A DNA stretch of 64,000 bases from Octopus sinensis (taxonomy: Eukaryota). The DNA lies in contig NC_042999.1 of the NCBI RefSeq assembly GCF_006345805.1, positions 102,610,001 through 102,674,000 of the forward strand, read 5' to 3'. The translations under genes were made by a program, and so were the position numbers. The notes beneath the pieces are model-generated. The model saw only the letters and a list, made by a program, of their open reading frames with translations, was not told where the DNA came from and did no database searches. Of this stretch, positions 39,900 through 51,582 are shown piece by piece. Each line of letters starts with the position of its first letter. Position 1 is the stretch's first letter.

Positions 39900-41460
39900 A
39901 TTATTATGATACAGTACATTCTGAGTTCAAATCGTGCCAAAGTTAACTTTGCCTTTCAACTTTTCAGGGTTGATAAAATAAGTCTCAGTTAATCCCTGGG
40001 ATCAATGTAATCAATTTCCCTTGAAAATTGTTAGCCTTGTGCCAAAATTAGAAAGAATTATTATGACATACTCATTACAACATTGAGGAAAAATGTCTTG
40101 TAGTATTCATTCTGGAATTTTATGTTTTGAAACAAATTGCCAAGGTAACTTTACCTTTTTTTACCTCTCTGGGGGTTGATAAAACAGGGTACCAGTCAAG
40201 TACTAGGGTCAATATAGTTAACTATTTTCCCTCTCTCAAATCTTTTCAGGCTGTGTGCTACTAACAGAATCATTGGTGTGTCAAACAAAGTGCTTTGTGT
40301 TATTTCTTTAGATTCTTTACATTCTGAGTCCAAATCCTACCAGGGTCAGTTTTACTTTTTGTTCTTTTGGTCTTGATAAAATAAAGTACAAGTCAAGTAC
40401 TGGAGTCAATGGTTTCAACTTACCTCCTACCCTCAAAATAGTTGGCCTTAAGTTTAAACTAGAAACAATTATTATTGTTTTATAAATGAATCTGTCAATG
40501 GAGTGGTAGAATCATTAGAGAATATAAAAACAAAATATGCCTTGCACTATTTGGTTTTATCTTTTACTTGTTTCAGTCATTTGACTGCAGCCATGCTGGG
40601 GCACCACAATTCACATCCTATCAAGATCAGCTTAATTGTTTCTTCTTTCAGTGGTTGATGATATAAGTACCAAGCTATTTATAGAACTGGTTTAATCAAC
40701 TGCTCCATCTACAAACACAATAAAAAGTATTTGCATCACCCTTCTGCCTATGTTATAAAATAAAATTGGATTGGTCAATTCTGTAGAATTTGGGGCAAAA
40801 TATTTTGTAGTATATTTTGCTATGGCCCTTTATTTTCTGAGTTCAAATCTCATCAAGATTAATGGTCAATAGAATAAAATGCTAGTCAAGTAATGTGGTC
40901 AAGTAAAGTGTTCCCCTACCTCAGTATTTCTGGCCCTGTGCTTATGTTAGGAAATTAATAGGTTTGGACTGGTGAAATTTTTAGAGCATCAAATAAAATG
41001 CCTTGTAGTATCTAGTTACAACTCTAATTTTCTGAGTTCAAACCCTGCTAGGGTCAACTTTGATAAAATGAAATCTAGTCAAGTACTAAGGTTGATATAA
41101 CTGATTACTCTATCTCCCTCAAGTTTGTGGTCTTGTGTCTGGGTCAGAAACTATTTGCTGAGGCTGAGTTCAAATTCTGCTGAGGTTGACTTTGCCTTTC
41201 ATCCTTTCCAGGTTGATAAAATAAGTACTAGTTGGGCACTGAGGTTGATGTAATTGACTTATACCGCTGCTGAACTTGCTGTCCTTGTGCCAAAATTTGA
41301 AACCAATATTTAGTTCTTTATAAGGCAGTAAGCTAGTAGAATCATTAGCATGCCAGACAAAATGTTTAGCAGCATTTTGTCTGTCTTTACATTTTGAATT
41401 CAAAACAGGTGATGGGTATTCAGCCTTTTTGAACAGGAAATGTTTACCTTTTATCCTTTT
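39900..41460 (+). mobile_element. Head-to-tail array of about 8 degraded family-A SINEs
   Basis: The ctgagttcaaa..ttgataaaataag core recurs near 39915, 40110, 40320, 40620, 40840, 41030, 41165 and 41395, all in the + orientation. Confidence 0.65.
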
Positions 41461-42472
41461 AGTTAGTTAGTTAGTTAGTTAATTTGGCTCAAAAGCAAAT
41501 AGCAAGGCCATGTAGGGGGACATGGAATTAAGTACAGGGTGGTGTTCATGTAAAGAGTTCAGGCCACTTGAGGTCAAGGGAGGCTTTGAACAAAGCGGTC
41601 GTCGGCATCTTCACCATCTCGTCTGGCAGCTTGTTCCACGGATCCGCAACCCGGACGGAGAAAGCTCCTCTCCTTCGATTGAGATGAAATCGTCGCAGGT
41701 AGAGCTTTTCGGAATGACCCCGCAGCCGACGCTCTGGAGCAGGAGTGAAGAACAGCTCTTTCGAGAGGTTACACTTTCCGCTTATGATGTTGTGGGCGAG
41801 AATGAGATCACCACGGCGGCGGCGTTTTTCAAGAGAATAAAGGTCGAGCGTCCTCAGCCTTTCTTCATAGGACAAATTTTTGAGACCATGAACCATGCGG
41901 GTAGCCAGCTTCTGGACTCTTTCGAGATGCTGTATGTCTTTGAGGAGATAAGGAGAAGAGGCTTGAATCCCATACTCCAATATGGGTCTCACCAGCGTGA
42001 CATAGAGTGGTAGGAATATGGCTGCTGTGAGCATTCCGAATGACCGTCGAATCAAGAACAGAATTCCGCGTGCTTTGTTGGCAGCATGGACGCACTGGGC
42101 CGAAGGCGAAAAGGAGGAATCCACCAAGATACCTAGGTCCTTTACCTGATCGGTCCTCTCCAGCAGCAGACGACCCGGCTCGAAATCAAGTTGAGTTGCA
42201 GGAGTAGAGCCGACAGGCAGATGACAGCACTTTGACACGTTCAGACACAGGTCCCAATTGTTAGACCACTTCCAAATTTGGTGGAGGCATCGACGAAGAT
42301 CCTCTATATTACCGCGAGGAGCGACCAGTTTGATATCGTCGGCAAATAGAAGGGTGTGTTGCGTGAGGTCGTCGGGCAAGTCATTTATGAAGACTAAGAA
42401 CAACAAGGGCCCAAGCACTGAACCTTGAGGCACGCCACTGCTCGCACTGGAGACGTCGGACCGCAAACCATT
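41461..42472 (-). mobile_element. 5'-truncated, young CR1-clade LINE with open RT C-terminal ORF (41546-42466)
   Basis: GVPQGSVLGPLLF..FADD..RGHSEKL..FSVRVADPWNKLP, an (AACT)n tail and intact CpGs. Inserted into a family-A SINE at a ctttt site. Confidence 0.95.
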
Positions 42473-42849
42473 AACTTTTGGGGTTGATGAAATAAGTACT
42501 AGGAAAATACTGGTTTGATTTAATCAGCTATCACCCTACTGTCAGATTATGTCTTAACATTATGGCTAAATTAGCCTGGAGGCATTCTTGACCAAGTGAA
42601 TACAGTTTCACTACATTTTCCTTACTTGTTGCTGTCTTTATAACTCAACATGATAAAAGACTCATTAGAATATCAGACAGAACACCATCCAGTATTTGTT
42701 CTGGCTTTTTGCATTCTGAGCCTAATTCTCTGAGGTCAACTTCGCTTTTTAAGCTTTTGAGGTTAATAAATAAAGTCACAGTTAAGATGGTGGATATTGG
42801 TGGAGTGTTCTGACAGTAATTGTGAGGATTGCATAATGTTTTGAGAGTT

Positions 42850-43130
42850 TTAGAGTGTCTCTCTTGCACAAGACTCTATCAGTTTGGCAATACAGCTTGT
42901 GAGATTAATTGGACAGTAATTGACAGGTGATGGGTATTCAGCCTTTTTGAACAATTTTCCATTGTTCTGGGGTAACATAGTAACTGAGGCAGAATTGGAA
43001 AAGTAGCCAAAGCTGATGCAGTAGACAGAGCCCACTGCATTTGAGAAGTAGATAAGTAATATCAACAAGACCAAATGAGGCACAGTTATGATAGTTTCAG
43101 AGGGAAGAGGTTCTAGGAAAGGAAAATCAA
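42850..43130 (-). mobile_element. Old LINE reverse-transcriptase fragment
   Basis: ..PSPVNYCPINLTSCIAKLIES resembles the RT N-terminal NYRPISLTS motif. Confidence 0.6.
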
Positions 43131-43898
43131 CCAATGTATTTATTTCAGAGAAAAGCAGAGGCTGTTGTGGTAGTGGTAGGGAAACAGAGCGAGAGAGACA
43201 GTTAGTAGTAGTAGTAGTGGTGGTGGTGTTGGTTGTAGTTGTAGTAGAAGTAGTGGTGGTGGCAGTGGTGGTTGTAGTAGTAGTAGTAGTAGTAGTAGCT
43301 GCTGTTGAATCTTTACCAGTTTGCCAGATGGCTCCTTTTTTGTTTCATTTTTGGTTCAAAAACTCCAACACATGTACTCATTAATAGTGAATAACAGCAG
43401 GATTTAGCTACATAAAATGAAATTGTTTATGAATCCCCTAATCTGGAGATATATGTATTGATTATGGCTAGTATCTATGGAATTGCCTGTTGGCGACATC
43501 TGTGAGGAATCCATGTTTTTCAGAGTATATGCTGTAGAATCTTCTCATGAGAAAGTATGTCATGTCCTGTTTAGATTTCATATTTATTCAGATATGGATG
43601 TCTATCTAAGAAATCAGCTTTGCAACCATGTCACTCTAGTTTTGATTCCAGTGTGCCACAGCTTGGGCAAGTGGCTTCTACCACAGCCTCAGTTTAACCA
43701 ATACTTTGTGAACAGATTTAATAGATGAAAATTGTTTGAAATGAATAATTGATTTATATGGAACATGACATACTTTCTGATGAGGAGATTGTGTAGCAGA
43801 TATTTAGAAAAATATAGAGCATTATTGGTATTCCATTCATGCCTGCACCCTTATAAAGTTTCTGCAGTTAATTCGTGATACCATATTTATTCACTTAA

Positions 43899-44114
43899 TC
43901 CTTTCATTTCCAACCTGGCTGAAACTGCCTCTATAGTACAAATGTCTTGTTTTCATAAGTTTTGAATTAAAATCTTCCACCAAACCTTAGTCACAATTTA
44001 TGTTCCTAACACTAGCTGAATGGTAACTAAGTTATTTTACTAAATTCTTTGTTATATTTAAAATTTATTGAAAGAAATACAGAAGATCCCAAAATAAATA
44101 CAGTAACGAATGGG
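43899..44114. mobile_element. piggyBac-type MITE related to the 54573 family
   Basis: TTAA flanks and degenerate TIRs tcctttcatttcc / gtaacgaatggg. Confidence 0.65.
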
Positions 44115-45202
44115 TTAAACCACCTATTATTAACAGTGACATCCTGGGACAAATTCTCGTGTGTTTACTTTGCACTGTCTTTATTATTACAATGTATGAG
44201 AAAAGGAGTTTAGTCAGATTTATTATAATTGCTGTATAAACTACACTCTAGAAGTTCAAACATCTTAAACAAAGCAAAAAACAAATTTGAAAATGATCTT
44301 GGAACTTTACCAGTAAGTTATAAATGTGCATCTGCTGTAAAGTCAGCATTGTGGAAATCACATAATCAGAAGTTTTCTAGAAAATCAATTTGATTTAAAT
44401 AATAATAGTGTACTCAACTAAGTTTATGTTACTGTTCAGTTTAATATATTTCATTTAAGTATGGATTTTATTTTTTAAAAAAATTTCTAACTTTATTATG
44501 CATTTTTTAAAAGCCAATCTTTGGATTTTTATGTTTGAATGCCAATGATGGTTTGTTATTTGTTCAGCATCTAACAATATTCACCATTGACTCAATAAGT
44601 TAATCTTCCAAAATACTTTACATCTATCATGCTGCATCCCATGATTTCAGCATACCCTGGCTGAGGTGGTTACATGCTATTTAACCTCTAGCTGGGGCCC
44701 TCACAGGTGCTACTACTCTAGGTAAGAGTAAACCTGGGAGCAATCATGATCAATAAGTGATTCCACACTCCTCAAAACCCTGGAACTCTCAAACCAGGAC
44801 CCCGCAAATAAAAGATGTAGTTTAAAGTTTACCTAAGTAAAATAGAACACAATCTTGATTGATACAAGGCTTTCAGGGTAGACTTACTTATGAAACATTA
44901 TGAACATTATCAGGAGATTATGTTACATTATAGTAGTGATTTAAACTCCATTTAGCTTGGATAATATCTTAATTCCAGTCATGCTGTTCTGAATATGGAC
45001 ATGATCTTGCTACGTCTTGTGCATAATATGTGTCTCTAATTTTCAAGTTTAAAAATCTGGAAAAAAGTGTGTGCAATATACAGTCAAGTTAAAATTACTT
45101 TTCTCTTGTTTAGATTTACAGAAGTGAGAAAATGTGTACTAATTATTCAAGATATAATTCTTGAATAATGGATTAAACTCTGAACTGAGTTCCCTAATTG
45201 TT

Positions 45203-45237
<35 letters not shown>

Positions 45238-45682
45238 TTCACTTCTCAGAACACTCAGTTCTTACTTGCTCAGACTGATTCTTTGAGAGTAGACAGCAAC
45301 CTGTTGTCAGAGGTTCACAGGGTCTCTTTCCACTAATTATAAGCTTTGGCACATGAATGTTAACTTATTGTTTGTATATCCTTGTAAAAAGGAGTGTCGT
45401 CATAATACAAGCAGTGTCCTTCATTTCTAATCTTCCATGGAAACATGTCCAGCCAAGGAATATAAATATTACCTTGCTTGGAAACAAGTGGGGGCTGGCA
45501 TCAGGAATGGTGCCTGGCCATAGAAAATCCCCCTCAACGAATTCTATCCAACCCATGCATGCAAAGTAAAGTAGACATTAAAATGATGATGATGATGATG
45601 ATGATAACTCCCTACAGTCTTACATATATTAATTAGTGTGTTAATGTTAATAAAATCATTATCTTTTCTTTACTTTGCACAG

Positions 45683-45726
45683 GCTTTGTTCGAGCCAATT
45701 ATCGTCGACAGAAAGCTGAAATGCAG
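45683..45726 (+). CDS. FLVCR: FLVCR/SLC49-family transporter, late exon: (C)FVRANYRRQKAEMQ
   Basis: The phase-1 junction completes TGC. Resembles the recalled FLVCR LIKSDLRR / FIKADLRRQKA motif. Strong acceptor cttttctttactttgcacag and donor cag|gtaaat. Confidence 0.85.
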
Positions 45727-46206
45727 GTAAATTACTCATGGCTTAGTTAAAAGGAGCTTGAAACTCACATGAAATATACATATAACCAGATATTCATTAT
45801 TGACGTTGTTAACCCTAACACCATATATTGATTTGTTTTGCAAAGAAACTTTTTACTGCTTCTGTCCTTATTGCTTACAGTGTTTGCATCCGTGTGTAAA
45901 TAACAGCTTTTGTAGCTACCATTACAGTTTTATTTGTTGTGAATCTGCTCATCACCCAAACAGCTTGTAAAATTATGTGCAACATTGCTTTCTGTAAAAA
46001 AAAAAATGCTTGTAAAATTGCTTCAAAATTTTGTGAAATATTTCTATTTTATACATACATACATATTTTTATTAATATTTAGTAGAAGTAACAGAGTGAC
46101 TCAAGGCTGAGAGTTTTGTGCATTGGCGCTTAAATGCCAATGCACGAAACTCTCGGACCTTGAGTCACTCTATTACCTCTGCTCTTTTTTTCTATTTTCA
46201 CCAACA

Positions 46207-46265
<59 letters not shown>

Positions 46266-46567
46266 TATGTATGTACATGTATCTGTATCTGAGCATTTGT
46301 GTATCAGTGTATTTTGTTTTTGCATGAGTAGTATGGTAGTTTTAATGAAATTGTGCCTTCTCTATCTTTTATCAAGTCTTAAAAGCAAGATATGTTTTAA
46401 GGAATTTTTGATACTGAATTTCAGTGTTTGTCTTTGCTGTATTTTGGGGGTTTTATTTTTTGACAAGCTCAAAAAGTTTTTTATTATCTAGGAGGAATAG
46501 GATTCTTCCACAAAAGGATTTAAAGCAAAATATGTATTTTAGATGATATATCACTAAGAAGGACATA

Positions 46568-46888
46568 CCATATTTGATGGCCTATAGATGGCACCCTAGC
46601 CTAGGCTATACTTTTGTAAAATAAATTACCACTAAAATAATGTTTTAATTCCCCCACTTAACTGTATATAACTTTGTTATTACTGGTAATTATAAGCAAT
46701 TTATTGCATCCACATTCGATATAAACATACTGTAGGTGATTGTTCACCAATAGATGGCAGCACACGTTTTGTAAACATAATACCGTTTTGAGCGAGTTTT
46801 GAGCTTACATTGAGGGCATTGGATGCAGGAGGATTTTTAAAGCCCTTTTTGTGTAAAAAAAGTGCATCTTATAGGGCATCAAATGAAA
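46568..46888. mobile_element. pogo/Tc1-like MITE, degenerate
   Basis: TA+ccatatttgatggcctatagatggcac is approximately inverse to gtgcatcttatagggcatcaaat. Confidence 0.5.
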
Positions 46889-47273
46889 AGTTTGAAAGAA
46901 ATTTGATTAGGCTTTTAGATGTCTAAACCTCTATTGGTCAGCTCAGATCAATGTGGTTTTAATACTGTCAAAGCAACACCAGTTATTTTCCTTATTTTGA
47001 AGTCCACTTCTTCAGACAGGATGTTGGCAGAGTGTTGACAGGGTGATGGCACCCTTTGGCTGTCTGCTATAGTACAGTATATTCAGTGTCATCAAGCCAG
47101 ATTCAATTTTTTTCAAACCCCTTACTCTACCTTTGAACATCGGATGATATGGACAGTTCTTACTTGGCCACAAGAATTCAAATCATGTGGAGCTGACTCA
47201 AAACCGTTATTATATATAAGAATCTTTAAGCATATATGTTACGTGCTACATTCTTCCACTTGTAAACTCATTC

Positions 47274-47306
<33 letters not shown>

Positions 47307-47309
47307 TAT

Positions 47310-47647
47310 GTGACCCCCTTCGGTCAGACACTGACCATGGGCTTGCACCTTGAGAGTTACCCTCTGAGGCACAAGTCTGGGCAAGGTTGTTTTTTTTATG
47401 GAAGACCAGCAGTCGCCCATGCATACCGGCCTCCCCTCTCCATGTCACCGATGTTGTCCAAGGGAAAGGCAAGGGCCGATACAGCTTGGCACCTGTGACG
47501 TCGCAACTCATTTCTACAGCTGAGTGAACTGGAGCAACCTGAAATAAAGTGTCTTGCTCAAGAACACAACACGCAGCCTGGTCCGGGATTCGAGCTCACA
47601 ACCTCACAATCGTAAGCTCGACGCTCTAACCACTGAGCCACGCGCCT

Positions 47648-47650
<3 letters not shown>
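47310..47650 (-). mobile_element. tRNA-derived SINE, family D, inserted in (TA)n
   Basis: A-box ggctcagtggttag, B-box gagctcgaatccc and body cttgagcaagacactttatttca. A related older copy is at 58977-59310 (+). Confidence 0.8.
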
Positions 47651-47709
<59 letters not shown>

Positions 47710-49524
47710 CAAATAAGAAAATGGAGAGGATAACCAATCAGTAAACATCAGCTTGTAAACATTCATTTGGATTTATTTATTAATTAATTACAATCATATG
47801 TATAAGTAATTAAAATAAATAAACAAGTAAATAAATAAATAAGAATAAATGAATGAAAAATACTAAACATTTACAGCTGTTTCTACTTTGAGGGTGTCCA
47901 ACTTGCCAAGGCTTCCACATCGTACCAGTAATATACAGGGATTGTACAAAGGTTGAATAAACATTGGACAGGGGTTGAACAATAATTGAGCCCCAAAGCT
48001 TCTTCATAGAGTCCATAATGTTAGGAATCTAACACGAGAGGAAGTAAGATTAAATAATAAAATAGAATACTAAAATAATAAAAATAGTAAGGAATGCCAC
48101 AACAACAGAGAAAAGGAAAACAACAGAACCCTCATGAAAATGTATGTTTGAATGTATGTGTGTGTTTGTGTGTGTAAGTAATAATGTAAATAAAGAAGTT
48201 ATTGTCTAGGTCAAATTCCTTCTTTCAATGCATGACTGAACAATGACACTTGCAGTTAAAGGCACCCCCCCTACACACACAGCTACTTCTAAACTTAATT
48301 ATTCCAGTAAAGCATTGAAAACTGGTCTTATTTTATGAAACAAGTAAGTAAAAATATGTTTCAAGAATGTAAATTTTGAATTTAGTTTTATAAAATTACA
48401 TCCCTAATCAGCTAAAACTATTTTTGTCTCTGCTTTAGAATTATTACATATATGTTTTAATGTTTTTCATTAAATCAAACCTTTTGTCTTGAAAAACAGA
48501 CTTTCGGAATAGCTGTTTGAATTTCCCTATTTTTGTTGGAATTTTCTCCTTTTTATCTTTCATGCATTGCAAAGCAATGAAGGGAAGCCAATTTAAAAGA
48601 AGAATTTTTTAAATCCATGACTTTTACCTGTTGTTATCTCCTCCCTCCCACCCCCCACCATCTCATAGAGACACACACACTCATGCTTATGGAACAGCAA
48701 CAACCACTATAGTGAATTGTTCTCTTTTTCATAATTTTCTTTCATTTTATCGTATTCCATACTCTGAAACACTTGTAGCTCACATTAAAACACAAAAAAT
48801 GTTACCCCATCTCCCCTCCTCCATTGTACTTTTCACAATGAAGGAAAAGTCAAACACCTCAAGTGGATGTGTAAAAAATGAAATTTAAATTTTGAAAGGT
48901 GTATCTATAAAGCAACATTTTCAGTCATTTATTTAAACTTTCTTTGCTAACTCCTCAAATTCAATTACATGAAATGGATGGGTTTTGAGATTTAAATTTG
49001 GTAATTTTCCAAGATTTTAATTCTTGTGTATGAGGGACCCACTGAAATTGAAATGCTCCAGTCCCCCATAGTTTAAATTCAGTCCTAATTTAGAGGCAAA
49101 TGATAAAGTATAAAATCAAATATTAATCAAATTTTGTCATAAGTAACCATTAGTATGAAATCTTTTGGAGCATTGAGCACTCTTTTGTCTGTTATATAAA
49201 GTGGTATTAAAAGATCTGTTGGTAAACATGTGTGTATATGTGTGTGTGTGTGTCTGTGTATGAATGTATGCGTATATATATATGTATATGTGTGTGTGTG
49301 GGGGGAGGGGTAATCCATAATTAAGACTTTATTGCCTGTAATGAATTCTTTCTTAATGACACAGTTATAATTACACAAGGAACTTCAAAGAATTTTAGCA
49401 TCGTCTTCATAGTTCTACAAATTATATCTGCTTCCATGAGATGCAAATGAAATTACATTTAGCCTTGTCTTTGTAACTTTACTATCTGTTCTCTCTTCTC
49501 TCTTTTTTACTCTCTGTATATATG

Positions 49525-49611
<87 letters not shown>

Positions 49612-49992
49612 TTAGCTATGTATTTATTTATCATTCAACACCTCTTTCTATCATTTTTATATGTGTTTATGTTTATGGTGCAAACCACTTATTATAATCA
49701 AGTTATTGTTACCATAATTAGTACTTCCTAGACATGCTCAAGATATTGTTATATTCACTGCTTAATATTATTAGTTAGTTAATGTTATCTAAATCGCTTT
49801 GTTCAAAAATTATCACAATCAGTAGCTTCCAATGTGCATACACACATGTGCATGCACACAAACACATAATGCATTAAGATGTTAATTTCTGAAATGGGGA
49901 CAGAGAATTCAATACATACAAAATATATGGTCTATTTAAGCAAAATTCATTTCTTGTGACTCAAGTTTCATGCAATCACAATCATCAGGCAA

Positions 49993-50110
<118 letters not shown>

Positions 50111-50267
50111 ATATAATATATATATAAACAAAACATTCAAACATTAAGGTTTGAAATAAGATATCACTATTGTTAATATCATCTGTGGATAAAATTTAAA
50201 ATTGATGGTATCAACTGTAATAACATAGGTGGTTCACAGGCAAAAAACATTATTTAGCTATAAATTA

Positions 50268-50460
50268 CAAATCAGCATGAAGTGTAAGGATGCAGAAAAG
50301 CATCAACCTGCTAGAAATAAGAGCTAAAGTCTTAATTAAACCACCATAAAGCACCAAGATAACAGATGTTTTGGTGCTTTACAGTGGTTTAATTAAGACT
50401 TTAGCTCTTGTTTCTAGCAGATTGATGCTTTTTTGCATCTTTACACTTTATGCTGATTTG
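50268..50460. mobile_element. Near-perfect hairpin MITE (about 90-bp arms) with TTA flanks
   Basis: 50268-50357 is inverse to 50371-50460. TTA occurs at 50265-50267 and 50461-50463. Confidence 0.8.
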
Positions 50461-50767
50461 TTATATATATATATATATTTATACATATATATATGTACAT
50501 ATGCATGTATGTATAGTGCAGGAGAAAGTGAGAAAGACAGATTGATTGACAGAGATGTAGATGTAGATTTAAATACAAATACATACCCATATTCTTTTAT
50601 TTTACCTCCTTCAGTCATTTGACTGCAGTCATACTGGAGCACCACCTTGAAGGCTTTCATTTGAAGAAATCAACTCCAAGGCTATAGTAAAAACACTTGC
50701 CCAAAGTGCCATGCAGTGGGACTTAACCTTGGACCATGTGGCTGGGAAGCAAGTTTCCTACCATATA

Positions 50768-51537
50768 TCATCATCATCATCATCATCGTTTAACGTCCGT
50801 TCTCCATGCTAGCATGGGGTGGACGGTTCGACCGGGGATCTGGGAAGCCAGAAGGCTGCACCAGGCTCCAGTCTCATCCTGCAGTGTTTCTACAGCTGGA
50901 TGCCCTTCCTAACGCCAACCACTCCATGAGTGTAGTGGGTGCTTTTTACGTGCTACCGGCACAGGTGCCAGGCGAGGCTGGCAACGGCCATGATCGGATT
51001 GGTGCTTTTTATGTGCCACCGGCATGGAAGTCAGTCAAAGCGGAGCTGGCATCGGCCACATTCGGATGGTGCTTTTTACGTGCCACCAGCACAGAAGCCA
51101 GTCTAGGCGGCGCTGGCATCGGCCACGTTCAGATGGTGCTTTTTACGTGCCACTGGCACAGGGATCACAACTGCAGTTTCCATTGATTTTTGATGTTGGT
51201 GTACTTGACTCAATGGATCTCTTCAATCACAGGGTCGAAACGGTGTTTCTTTACTTGCACCTGCACACAAGTCAGTCCAGCAGCCCTGGCAACTGCCGGG
51301 TGCCAGTCATAGGATTGGTTCAATTTTGATTCCAATTTCACTTGCCCCAACAGGTCTTCGCAAGCAGAGTTTAGTGTCCAATGAAGGGAGGTTGGCATGG
51401 GTGCCTGTCGTCAGATGAGGTCCGATTTCGAGTTCGCTTGCCTCAACAAGTCTTCGTGTGTCCAAGGGAAGGAAAGGCATGCATAAGTGGGCTGGCTGGG
51501 ATGGACTCACTTGTCCTGCCGGGTCTTCTCATGCACA

Positions 51538-51540
<3 letters not shown>
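50768..51540 (-). mobile_element. Apparently full-length family-B retroposon with internal repeats
   Basis: (GAT)n tail at the 50768 end, four internal units of about 65 bp containing gtgctttttacgtgcc, and a unique 5' region ending at a (TA)n tract. Confidence 0.75.

Positions 51541-51582
<42 letters not shown>

Noticed and set aside
41522-42013. 163-aa + strand ORF (and 41865-42095 minus)
   Set aside because: These are alternative frames of the GC-rich CR1 RT coding sequence.
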